A stretch of DNA of 32,684 nucleotides. It comes from Calcarisporiella thermophila CBS 279.70. Its lineage: Eukaryota; Fungi; Calcarisporiellomycota. This document shows positions 1-10,767 of this stretch, one piece after another. Location of the stretch: contig NW_027192198.1 of the NCBI RefSeq assembly GCF_041956535.1, forward strand, positions 1,158,451-1,191,134, in the 5' to 3' direction. The notes below the pieces were generated by a model. It was not told where the DNA came from. It worked only from the letters and a program-made list of their open reading frames with translations, and made no database searches. The translations under genes and the position numbers were made by a program. Position 1 is the first letter of the stretch. Each line of letters begins with the position of its first letter.

Positions 1-211
1 TGGTTGGAACAGCACATAGTGTAGATCCAACAGTGTTTAATAATAAAGCCGCTGTTCTAATATTCCATCCATTCAGGAGATATGAGCATTCAAAGGAAAA
101 TTGTTAAAACACGCTGTCACATTTTTCCCTACTTGTATAATTAGGTCTTTGACTATTTTCAAGCTCCGACAACCCTATAGAATCCATATTGTTTTTATTT
201 ATTAAAATATT

Positions 212-1219
212 TCAATATCTAGTATGAACCCCCTTTGCTTTTATCACAGACTCCAGACACCGTGGCATTTTCCATATAATTTTAGCACACAACTCTGGTT
301 CTATCATCTCCTACTCTTCCTGCAGTATATCCCAAAGTGACTGGGCATTAGCCGGCCGCTGCTCACGAAATTTGATTCTTTTGTCCAATTCATCCCACAT
401 AAATTCAATCGGATTTAAATCAGAGGGCTGAGCTGGCCATTCTAAGTACGTAATATCGTGATTGCTATCCATTCAACTGTACCACGCGCGGTATGCTCAG
501 GATTATTATCATGCTGGAAAATGATTTGATCCTTGTCCAATTCATACCAATCGAGCTTTCTAATTAGTTCTCCTCCTAAAATGTCCTGATAGAGTTGTGC
601 TTCTAGTCCCTTCTCAATTCGGCACATGAAGCCAACTCCTTTGGAAATGATGCATGCCCACACGGTAACCGACCCATCGTGCTTGACTGCATTTTTGAAA
701 TGACGTTTGCTTAAAGGAACGCCTGGAGTTTCCCAATTATATCTTCTTGTACCTCTGCCGAAGACTCTAAATCTACTCTCTTCTGACCGTATTACACGCT
801 TCCAGCCATCGAGACTCCAGCTTCGATATTTACATGCAATAGGCTAGTCAGGTTTTCCTATGATTAGCTTTCAAAAACGGCTTTTTTTTCCACACTATCT
901 CGAACTCATTTAGTTTCGTTGCATTGCGTTCCTTACAATTGTCACCAACAAATCGACATTGTAAACTTCTTTAAGATGTTGCTTTGAAGCTGGTATACCC
1001 TCATATATTCCGGGCTTGAAATTTTGTACTAGAACTTTCTCCTGTCTCTCGGTGAGTATAGGTGAGCGACCAGAAGCTGGTTTAGAGGATTCTGGGGCAC
1101 ATAATTTACGATTATTGACGGTGCAGTAGCTTATCCCAAGCTGACGCGAGATCTCTCTGCTGGATATACCCTCATTACATAACAAGAGTCTCCTTGACTG
1201 TTTCCGAGATATGCTCCAT
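212..1219 (-). mobile_element. Degenerate Tc1/mariner-superfamily (Tc1-like DD34E) transposase, frameshifted with internal stops
   Basis: Minus-strand fragments in the expected order: HTH region (EGISSREISRQLGISYCTV...SGRSPILTERQEK), KKKPFL, WKRVIRSEESRF (degenerate WSDES), VKHDGSVTVWACI, FQHDNNPEH and LEWPAQPSDLNPIEFMWDEL, ending ...VIKAKGVHTRY* near 212. Several frameshifts and stops. No convincing TIR pair found. Confidence 0.9.
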
Positions 1220-1412
1220 TGGAGTATGCCAAGCAATAAATTATATTATTGAGAAGACAAGGATGCAGGCAGTTTATAAAAACAATTATTTTAGTTCGAG
1301 ACTAATTTTTTTTCCAAGATAATGAGCGTTTAAATATTTGTAGAGGTTTGCCTCCGAAATTAAGTGAATGATCGGCGAATATTTCAAGTTCATAACCCAT
1401 GTATGAAGGGAT

Positions 1413-1465
1413 TATATATGTAACCATGTAGTAGCATAATATTCTACTACATGGTTACATATATA
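1413..1465. repeat. Perfect 22-bp inverted repeat with 9-nt spacer (hairpin/cruciform)
   Basis: tatatatgtaaccatgtagtag (1413-1434) is the exact reverse complement of ctactacatggttacatatata (1444-1465); spacer cataatatt. Confidence 0.95.
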
Positions 1466-1492
1466 TAGCTCTACCTTTGCTTTAAATAATAT

Positions 1493-2467
1493 TTAAAGCA
1501 TGGGTAGAGCTATCTTCACTATGTATCGCCAATTGGTGTTGTTAGAGTGAAGGAATTTATGGAAGTTAACAGTCAAAATATACCATTTTGAACTCAAACT
1601 CTTAGCCGAGTAGAGCAAGGAAACCATGAATACCTGGCTATTCCAAGATGAGCAAGGCGTTTTTAAAAACATTCGAGGGCTAATAATACAGTCTCTCGAC
1701 TGAATCACGTCTTTCAACATCGCCAGGCTTGCTTATTGAGGTTCAAATTTTATACGTTCGGGAAAACAAATCGAATACAGATCACTTCGTTTACATGCTT
1801 TGTTTGACAGGAATAAGGCAAAACGATTGAAAATGGACTGCATCTCATACTGAAAAGTTAAGAAGAAGGCGGCACTGTCAATACGGTAACTCCTCTCAGT
1901 GGAAATTCAGGTATCCCAACCTTCCCAACCTTTTTAGTTGCAAAAGTTATAGAATTCATCCACATACTTCAACAATATCCTCAATCCAGTTTCCCACTCT
2001 ATCATAGCCATCTGGCCAGCATACCCGTCGTGGAATACTTTACCCAATGTGGATGTTACTTCCGGCATAACAGCTCCATAGAACCAAAAAAAAAAGAACT
2101 CACACTTTATAGCGAAAAAGAAAGTCGCAATCCCATCATTTGAATCTCCGTTGATCTAGAACGGAGTAAGAATCAGATATCACCTCAACCCAACAGATAT
2201 CGAGAATCATCATAGACATATTGGGATAGCCATTCAGTGGATAAAGTAATAAATAATACTAGTGCAGATTTCATTCATAGATAGAGACGTAAAATAGCTC
2301 AGCTCTGAACTCACTTTGTGGCACTTGTTGAATATGATCTCATTAAAAGTCCAGTTCCAGCCTAAGGCTCCATTTCCCGCATCAGCAGCTTCGAGGTGTT
2401 ATCGAGTGCAAAGTATAAAAAGAGTAATAAAGTATACGAAATTGGATGCGAGATGATGCATTTTCAT
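1493..2467 (-). pseudogene. Possible decayed gene for a secreted protein, weakly PI-PLC/PLC-like phosphodiesterase-like
   Basis: ATG at 2467 gives a signal-peptide-like MKMHHLASNFVYFITLFILC, then an in-frame TAA (2401-2399), then WTFNEIIFNKCH followed by a GTGAGT donor. Later fragments are MMILDICW, KVFHDGY and LKDVIQSRDCIISP. The family call is a weak motif impression. Confidence 0.3.
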
Positions 2468-2741
2468 TGAAATTTGTATATATATTTCGATCAATTCAAT
2501 TTTAGGCCGGATGTTAAAATTTCTTTAAGTATCTGAGGGGTGGGGATCTTAAAAGTCCTTAGGCACACCTTCTTTAATGGAGAATTTGGACCACTTTATT
2601 CGAAGACGACAGATATGATTCAAATGTTCTCTGAAAATAATGTATTTCGAGGCTAGGTATTTACACATACATATAAAATAAATAATAAAAAGACCCGCTA
2701 CCCAATACTTACAATCAATAAATTACGCAGGGGACAGGGCA

Positions 2742-4130
2742 TTAAGCTGGTAGGCCAACATATTGTGCTGCTTTAACCCATAGTTCCTCCTGTTTCTTAA
2801 TACTGTCTGCCGCGGGATTATGGGGTTTAATCCGCTCGTCCAGCCAGTATTTGCCGGAGATTTGCTCTACTTCAGGAGAGAGCGATAGATAGATTGAAGT
2901 AAGGGCTCCGCGTTCGGGGCTTCTGAGAAAAGGTTTAAAGGTACGAGTAATGAACCAGAGCAGCATATAGTTTTCAAACAGATAGGTGGAAACAGCACCA
3001 GGATGCAAGCAATTGACAGTTACTTGGTTGTTTGGATTGCTGCGCAGGCGACGGTCCAGAGCAAAGGTGAAGAGAACCACCGCAAACTTTGACCAGCAAT
3101 AGTTAACCCACCGATGATAAAGGCGTTTGTCACGAAATCTTTCGTATTCTAGATTGGGAACTATTGAACAGATGACCGACATTGCATATAGCATAAGTGG
3201 ATATGACGCCAGGGAAAAAACAATACAAACTCTTGATAATACCTCCATAGTGAGCCGATGACGCAACATTAATAATACGGGCCGGTCCCGATTGTAGGAT
3301 GGTATCGAGGAGCTCGCGGGTCAAAAGATAGTGTCCAAGGAAATTCTACGAAACAACAGATTAACCTCTGGGCTCAAAAGTAACTACAGCAATGGGGTCT
3401 GCTTAGGATCAATACGCACGATTCCAAATTGGCTATCGAACCCCTCTTTAGTTTGTCTCCAAGGAGGGGTCATAACACCCGCATCTAGAGAATTTGGAAT
3501 TGATTCGAGAGAGCTGTTAGCTTTCCATCACTATCCATGCCAAGACGTGACTTATGGAATAGGTACTATTGACGAGGATATTGAGGGGAAGTTTCCGCTC
3601 ACAGAACTGACGCGAAAAGCTTCGAATGCTGTCAAAAGAGCCTAAATCCACAAAGCAGTATTCAGCAGCAGCAACATTGCCACATACTTCGTTAATGATA
3701 TTCGCGGCCTTTGTGCCTAAATCGCGGTTGATATCAAGCATGAATACTTGATAGCCAGCAAGCGCAAGAGCTTTCGAGGTTTGGAACCCAAGACCTCCAG
3801 CAGCGCCTATATATTAGTGTGGGTAGAGCTCGAATTAGGGAAGGGAAATTGACAAAACTTTATTGCAGAGAATGCTAAAAGGAATGGAGTTGCTTTTCCA
3901 TTTTGCTTAATACCTGTTACAATGGCCACTTTGGGTGAATTAGTTTTTGATAAACGAGCATTTTCAATCAGTGTATGAATTCGTAATTCTGCGGGTGGGA
4001 GCGCTCTGGTGATGGACTGGTAACCATTTAATAAACCTTCTAGTAGGATAATGAGGATCAACCGCAATTCAATTTTGATCCAACCATGGAGTTTTGCGAG
4101 TAGCAGAGCTCCGGAATCGTAAAAGTTCAT
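2742..4130 (-). CDS. Short-chain dehydrogenase/reductase, retinol dehydrogenase/WWOX/DHRSX-like (~347 aa, 5 exons: 4130-3914, 3806-3567, 3484-3420, 3345-3243, 3160-2742)
   Basis: The spliced product has VTGAAGGLG (Rossmann TGxxxGxG), LVNNAGVM, FGINFLGHYLLT, IINVASSAH, catalytic YCWSK and LHPGAV. All introns are GT-AG and phases are consistent. Confidence 0.93.
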
Positions 4131-4605
4131 TTCAGACAAGTATTGTAGAGGGCCGAATTATCAGCTTCCGAATGATCAGGGGAGAAAAACCCCTAAATAA
4201 ATAGGTCGCGAAAAATGAGACGGCCACTTTTGCCCGTTCCCATCAAATTCGTTAAATTAATTACATATGAATTTCTCCCCGCGGAGAGCCTAAATTCCAG
4301 TTCTTTAGCTTAAAATCCTAAGTTTCACCAGAGGGCAAATTGATATTAGTGTGCTTAAGCCTATGAGAAAACTCCGAAGCACAAGACATTCAATAGCTCA
4401 CTTTAGTCAAATGTGGAGAGCAGCCCCTCTACACATCCTAAAATGGCACTTTCATATAGGTTTCGACTCTACTATTCTCACAGGAGATGATATTCAATGT
4501 GCCTTTTCCAAAGCATCCAAGATCACCAGGGGGAATTTATTTGCCTAAGCATGATTGATGCTAAAGCAACTGCATTTTCAATAAAGGGCGTCGCGGAAAA
4601 GTGGA

Positions 4606-4638
4606 AGAAAGAGAAAGAGAGAGAGAAAGAGAAAGAGG
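4606..4638 (+). repeat. GA-rich low-complexity simple repeat
   Basis: gaaagagaaagagagagagaaagagaaagagg, downstream of the aquaglyceroporin stop. Confidence 0.7.
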
Positions 4639-4752
4639 CGTCAGAACCCAAAAAAGAATGCAAATTAATCCCTAAGCATTAATTATAAATACAAGAACCA
4701 ATACAAGAAATAAATAAAAGGAAATAAGTTATTAGGATTATGGGTAACTAGT

Positions 4753-6077
4753 TTAAAGGAAACTGGGGGAAATCGGAGAGTCTTCTCCCTGGTAAATCAT
4801 AATATCATACAAGAGGCCACCCAAAAGACCACCGATGGTGGTGCCGAACATTGGTACCCAGAAGTAGTGGTCGAAGGCGGTGAACGGCTGAGTTCCCCAA
4901 CCGGCAACGAGGGTGAAGAGGCGAGGGCCAAGGTCACGAGCAGGGTTGATTGCATAGCTAAGGGAGGAAGTAAAGGAGGTAAGTTTACCAAAAACAGCGC
5001 AGCTTGCTAGCTAGGTAGCACAGTTTCATAGATGAAATCGAGAACCTACCCAGTTTCCCAACCCCAGGAAGCGCCAAGTCCCAAAACGGTCAAACAGATG
5101 ACGATAGGGCCAACATTACCCGCGGGATTGTTGAATTTGTCACCGGTCGCCAAGATGACCATGAGCAAAACAGCGGTGCCAATGACTTCGGAAAAGAAGG
5201 AACCAACGGGGGTCATGAAGGGAGCGGGGAAAGTAGCAAATACACCAGCTATTTAAAGATCGAAACCAAGTGGGAATATTAGTATTTAGAGACAAGTGAC
5301 AGGTCCCAAGGCAATCACGATGCCATGTCTAGCGTATCGGGTGATCGCCAGTTGCTATATGACATACCAGTTGCAGTGTCGCCAAGGGTGGTGCGGACGC
5401 CGCCATCAAAGGCGTTGAGAGCGCTACGATAATTGGCAAAAACGAGAGCAGCACCAGTGAATGCACCCAACAATTGGGCAAAGCAATAACCAGGAACTTT
5501 TTTCCAGGGGAAGCCACGGTATGTAGCCATGGTGATGGTCACCGCTGGATTCAAATGCGCACCACTAATACCACCAGCAATATAGACTCCAGCCTAGTGA
5601 ACCACAAATGTAGAGGTTAGCGATCACGTTGGGCCAAAATGGAGAGGCACCTCATTGCTTACCAAGACACCAAGACCCCAACCCCAGTTGATGCTAAGCC
5701 AGTCACCTTTAGCGCCCTTTGACAAGACAACTTGTGCAACAACACCATCACCAAAAATGATGAGCACTAGGGTTCCAAGGAACTCGGCCAGATATTCGCG
5801 GAACTAGAGGAGGAGAAGGCAAGCATTCAGACGAGATTAATAACCTAATTTTGACATTGACGGTGCATTGGGGCGATGGGGGGGGGAGGGACTAATTTTC
5901 CCCGCACATGTCGAACTATTAATGGGGGTTTCAGCTTACCTCACGTTTCAGCTTAAGGATAGGTTTACGGGATTTAGAGGAGGCGTCGGAATTGTGTTCG
6001 ACATGCTCGAATTTCTCGTTTGTTGAGGAGGGGGATTGCTCTGAATCGGAGACGTTGACAATCACTCGATCTGTCAT
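4753..6077 (-). CDS. Aquaglyceroporin (MIP family, GlpF/AQP3-like; ~302 aa, 5 exons: 6077-5940, 5803-5663, 5593-5368, 5248-5050, 4957-4753)
   Basis: The spliced product has [21 protein letters not shown] (NPA1), AGVFATFP and [15 protein letters not shown] (NPA2 followed by D, the glyceroporin signature). Introns are GT-AG and in phase. Confidence 0.96.
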
Positions 6078-8708
6078 CTCTTTACTGTTTTTGCAGGGTA
6101 AGGATTAGAGGCTAAGGACTCATGACAGTGTTTAAGGGTGTAGAATTTCCGTAGTATATATATGGTTAAGAGAGGAATCACACTCCGAAAGCTTTTTCTT
6201 TTACGAGGATAAGACCGGTGCCAGGTTAGGAAACCGCATTTAGTGCTTAGAGGTTGTCAATATACTGCACAATACACGGCGTTAAATTTTTGCGGAGCGG
6301 AACATCTGTGTAATTTGTGTTGTAATCCGTTTTTTTTTCTAATTGTATCCAGAACTCAGCCGCAATCACGACGATGACGGAAAATCACTTTGACTTTTTG
6401 TTTACATGCCATGTGTCTGGAAGCATATGGCGCGTTGCCAGACCTTCCTTATAAACCCTGGGGCACCCGCGGTCACTGTGTTCCACCTGCCCTGCGCATG
6501 GGTGGAGAGGCGGGCGCCCTCACCGCTCAACTTGCCTTGCGGCCGCGAAATAAAAGCCTTCGCCTTCCCTCTCTCCACCCTCTCTACACGGCCCGGCTAA
6601 GCCCAGCTGGCATTGTCGGAATAGGAGCAGGTCTTTGTTCCTATTGGGGGGGGGGGGAGGGCGCGCGCGGGGAGAACAGACGTGGGGTAACGAGAGAGGA
6701 AAATCAGGCGCGCTGTACTTCTCCGTGGCAATAGTTGAGCAAGCGTTTGCTACTCAGCCCTACCCGGCCCTGCTCAATCACATGTTTCAACCTGGCCGGC
6801 GGAAGAGCTATGTTTATGGTTTTATGTTCTTGGAATACTTTTCGCACACTCCTTTGCTTCTGTTTTTTATTTTTCATGGTTGAGCATGAAAAGAACACCA
6901 GATCTTCTTACAACATTCCAAATTTCCGCTGAAACTGCCGCTCTTTTCCTCCTAACTCTGGCGTGGTTTCTAATACGCTTCCGAAATTCTACTGTCCGAA
7001 GGCTATCCGTGGGAAAAACTATTGTCAGTGCCGTTACAATACCACATGAGGGTGACGCTAAGTTGATGAGCGGCTGAGTAGGAAAAAAAATATAATTCAA
7101 GCTCTCAGAATTCTTTTGGTCACAAAGCCGAAAAGTCACCATTACACGTGATGAGGAATTCATGTTTACAGTTCCTCTCCCCCCGTATCCCACCCATTCG
7201 GTGAGACTGCCTTTTTGTTCAAGCATGATCATGAAAGGGTTTGCGTTAAGAGGTTTTGCATAATGGGCAATTCATGTTTGGTCCATGAGCCTGACCAACT
7301 CGGTGAATAAGCCACCCGCATTTTTCGGAGAGGCTTGAGGTGATCTGCTTCGCGCTTTCAATTTCGGGGGGCTGGTAAAATGGCGGGTTCCGAACCCCTT
7401 TCCATTTTTTTCCGAACTATTATTCTTGCTGCCCAGCTAGTCCGTTATGGATTCGAAACCATCCGGGGAGAGGGGAGGGAGGCTGTCAGTGCACTCGTCT
7501 CTGCCCCATGCAGGGATCACTTACCAAGCAGGCTATTTTGATTATCCATCCCCCATTTCCCCTTAAAACCTCATCCGCTTGGCTGAATAATGCAACCGGG
7601 CAAAACTTACGATGGGCCGCTTTCCAGCTCCGTCGGGAGGAGGTAAGAAAAGGTGTTCCGAGTAGGGAGGAGTATCAAAATATTTTAAGGCTGCGAACCC
7701 GATTGGTACCTTGAATATGGAGAAGAGCCGAAGCGCAAATGGGGGCGGGTTGACTTGCTTTAAATGCCGCATCACCGAACACGGAACACGTAGCGCTCGG
7801 GAACGTGGCTCTTTGGAGAGTGGTTCCGTTAGAGCCACATGTTAGCCCTTGGGTCCGGCCGTCAAATTTGGCCAATTTTCTCGGCAGAATGATGGCGTAT
7901 CGAGCTTGGGCTGCCCATGATTGCATTGTCTCATCTTTTCTCTCTTCCGTGAATTAGCAAGGAACTGTATTTCGAGCGGTATGGAGAGAATCAAAAATTC
8001 CTGTGGCAACAGACAAGTTCCATTCTAGCTCAGACGGGCTTCGGTAGTTGAGGCTTAGGATTTTTCACATGATTGCGCACTCGAGGAGTGAGCTTCGACA
8101 ATTCGCATTATTTCCAAGAGAGAGTAGCAAGGGTCCACGCGATTTATTCACAAGGACTCTTCCACCGCAGATTAGATGGGTTTCCTGAATGGCGAGATAT
8201 TCTCCCTTTTTCCCATGGAAGGTGTCTTGATCTGATATTGACGTATTTCGTGCAACGTTTTGCGAAATGCGTCAACTGACGTTTGTTGGCTTGCTATGGC
8301 AAGGGCGGGATAGCGGAATTGGGAAGAGAGACGATCCATACCAATGCGAGTCGAGCCTAGATAGCCTAATTAAATCCTCAAAACGATCCCAGTGCATGCG
8401 CAAAGGGATGAATCATCTGCCGCATTGTAACCAAGTAAACACATCGAATTGTCTTTTAATTTTTAAAATAGACGGCAGCAGCCATGACAACAGTAACCTC
8501 TACCACCTTGACAAACATATAAGAATGATAATGTGGGTTGAATATTAGCACAATTTAAACATGGAAAGGGATCGTACACAAAACGTAAAAGCAAGTATAA
8601 CAACAATTTCGACGGATTCGGGTGCGAAAATGGGCGCCAGGCGGTATTTTCGGGTCATCAGGTCCGAGCGCACCCCCCCCCCGAGGTTCCAGCAAATAAA
8701 AAATAGAT

Positions 8709-9989
8709 TTAGGAATAGATATTCGAGCTTTTATGGCTCTGATTCATAGTATTAGCGGCGGCGACGGCGGCCGAGAGCCAGGCCATCGCCGGGTCGGAGA
8801 TGGACTGTGTCTGGTCCGGCGGCGGGTAGTGGCTGGGGGAAAACTCCAGCTGTTGGGGGGAAACGGTGAGTATTTCGGGGAAGAAGCCAGGAGAAAACTC
8901 CTGAATGGGTATCATGCCGGGGGAGAGCTGGAACGGGAGCGTGGGCTGCGGAGCTAGCGCACTGGAAGGCGAGGAGAGGGTAATGGAGCGGGAAGGCGCC
9001 TCCGACGATGAGGACGACGACAGTGATGGCGGCGATTTGTGCAGGCTCTTCGCGGCGAGGGCGTCTCCCGCCGAAGCGCCACCGCCACTGCCTCGATTTC
9101 GCCGTCGAATGATGTCGGTCTTGAGGCTGAGAGGACGCACGACCCCATGCAGCCGGAGGAAGAGGCCGCATGCGTTGCACAGGGGCCGGCCGTTCGCATC
9201 GCGGCGCCAGAGGGGGGTGTTGCGGGTGTGGCAATTGGTGCACTCGGTGGAGCTGGAGAGCGAGGGCTTGACCCCGCGGTTTCGCGGCTCCTTTTTGAGC
9301 GAGGGATGGCCAGAAGCCTTAGAGCTAGCCTTGGTTTCAGAGGGCGAGAATTTCCTCTCCGGGGTACCCAGGCCCGGGTTCCAATTCGATCCCAGATTCC
9401 TGGAACTGGGAATTTGGAGGTCAAAATCGCGAGCCTCCTCCAACTCGCCGGTGTGGGGAATGGTGATGCTCGCGGGGGCGTACTGGCGCTTCGTGGCCAC
9501 GCCGCGAGGGGAGGAGGAATGGCGACGGTGGTCGATGTCCTGGCTGCTCCCTACTTCCTGTTCCGCTGGCGCCTCGGCCGCCTTGGCCGCTGTTTCGTCA
9601 CTCCGGCCCTTTTTCCTCTCGCCCTCGTCTTCCTCCATGACGTCGTCCAGCTCCGCCACCTTTCGTTTCTTCTTCTTCTCCATCTCTGCTTGGGCCTCGG
9701 CCCGCTGAGTGGACTCCACCTTGGCCATTGCCATTAGGCGCCAGGTGATGTTCTCCAGGCGGGCGCCGTGCGGTAGCGTGTTCTTTGCGCGGGAATAGAG
9801 ACGCCAAGCGCTCGCGGCCAGCATGCCCCGCTTGACACTGTCGTGCACGTCGAACACGGCGCGCTTGCGCTCTGCCCATGCAACCGCCTCCGCATTTCTG
9901 TTTTCCCCGAATTTGGGCGTGGTGGAGCGTTCCAGGAGGGATGCGAGAAATGAGACCTTGTGATTGACTCCGCTGCTACCACCTATCAT
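8709..9989 (-). CDS. GATA zinc-finger transcription factor, AreA/Nit-2/Gat1-like nitrogen regulator (426 aa, single exon)
   Basis: C-X2-C-X17-C-X2-C finger [50 protein letters not shown], and an N-terminal DUF1752-type motif [27 protein letters not shown] typical of AreA/Gat1. Confidence 0.93.
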   Translation of the reverse strand: MIGGSSGVNHKVSFLASLLERSTTPKFGENRNAEAVAWAERKRAVFDVHDSVKRGMLAASAWRLYSRAKNTLPHGARLENITWRLMAMAKVESTQRAEAQAEMEKKKKRKVAELDDVMEEDEGERKKGRSDETAAKAAEAPAEQEVGSSQDIDHRRHSSSPRGVATKRQYAPASITIPHTGELEEARDFDLQIPSSRNLGSNWNPGLGTPERKFSPSETKASSKASGHPSLKKEPRNRGVKPSLSSSTECTNCHTRNTPLWRRDANGRPLCNACGLFLRLHGVVRPLSLKTDIIRRRNRGSGGGASAGDALAAKSLHKSPPSLSSSSSSEAPSRSITLSSPSSALAPQPTLPFQLSPGMIPIQEFSPGFFPEILTVSPQQLEFSPSHYPPPDQTQSISDPAMAWLSAAVAAANTMNQSHKSSNIYS

Positions 9990-10316
9990 TGGTTGACAAT
10001 AGGTTTCTGGAATGGGATGGGTACTGGAGGGGGATGGGGGAAAGGATGGGGGAAGAATTCAAAGGTGAGAGAATGAAGAAGGAATGGAATGAAACCAAAA
10101 AATATGAATTACTTGCACCCTTAATTTGGGAAAATTCCGACTTCTCCCGCCGACGGCGATTTTAATGTTTAAGAGAGGGGGGGGGAGAGAGCATATTTCT
10201 CAAAAATCACGCGAAAATGATCGCCCAAAAGATCGGGAACCTTGGCTTCAGACCAGTTTTCAGACCAACTAAAAATAAACCTGAGCTCTAAATTAAACCA
10301 AAATTCTTAATATTCT

Positions 10317-10340
10317 TTATCAGTTTTCGCCATTTTATCG
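10317..10340 (-). promoter_or_regulatory. Two HGATAR (GATA-factor) sites upstream of the GATA gene
   Basis: ttatca (10317-10322) and ttatcg (10335-10340) read TGATAA and CGATAA on the minus strand, about 330-350 bp upstream of the ATG. These are short motifs and could be chance. Confidence 0.35.
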
Positions 10341-10767
10341 GGGCCTTCGCTTTGACCAGGATGTTCGAGTTAATAGAGGTAGAAGGAAAGAATCGGGGGG
10401 AGGGGGGAGGGGGGAAGTGGGAGAGAAGGGGTCACTCCCCATTCACCACTCCGTGTATGGATCTCTGCCCACCCTTAGGGGCAAAAAGGATGGTGGAAAG
10501 ACGAGGGATTCATAGGCAAACGAAAGCGGCAGACGAGAAATTCTTCTTCTATTCGTAGCATTAGAGGTGGAAATAAGGAAGAGTTCTTGGGATAATTATA
10601 ACGAAAAGGAGAAATAAATTAGAGTTGGATGAAGCGAGATTAGAGCATAGGTTTAATACAAGATATATAGGAAAAAGCACAGGAGTAACAACGGCGGAAG
10701 TTATTAGAACAAGGGCGGTGGTTTTGTTTTTTCATCTCTAGGATGGAGTGAGGAGCTCGCCTCCACA

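Noticed and set aside
60-139. Possible transposon terminus (...cacatttttccctacttgTA) and a gagatatgagc-like motif echoed near 1316
   Set aside because: The echo is in direct rather than inverted orientation and similarity does not extend, so it cannot be paired as TIRs within this window.
6390-8548. Many 60-120 aa ORFs between the aquaglyceroporin and GATA genes
   Set aside because: Mostly non-ATG starts, overlapping on both strands, with no domains or coherent splice pattern; more likely a long regulatory region.
8905-9737. Long + strand ORFs (267 aa, 232 aa) antisense to the GATA gene
   Set aside because: Shadow ORFs caused by high GC and codon bias; no recognisable motifs.
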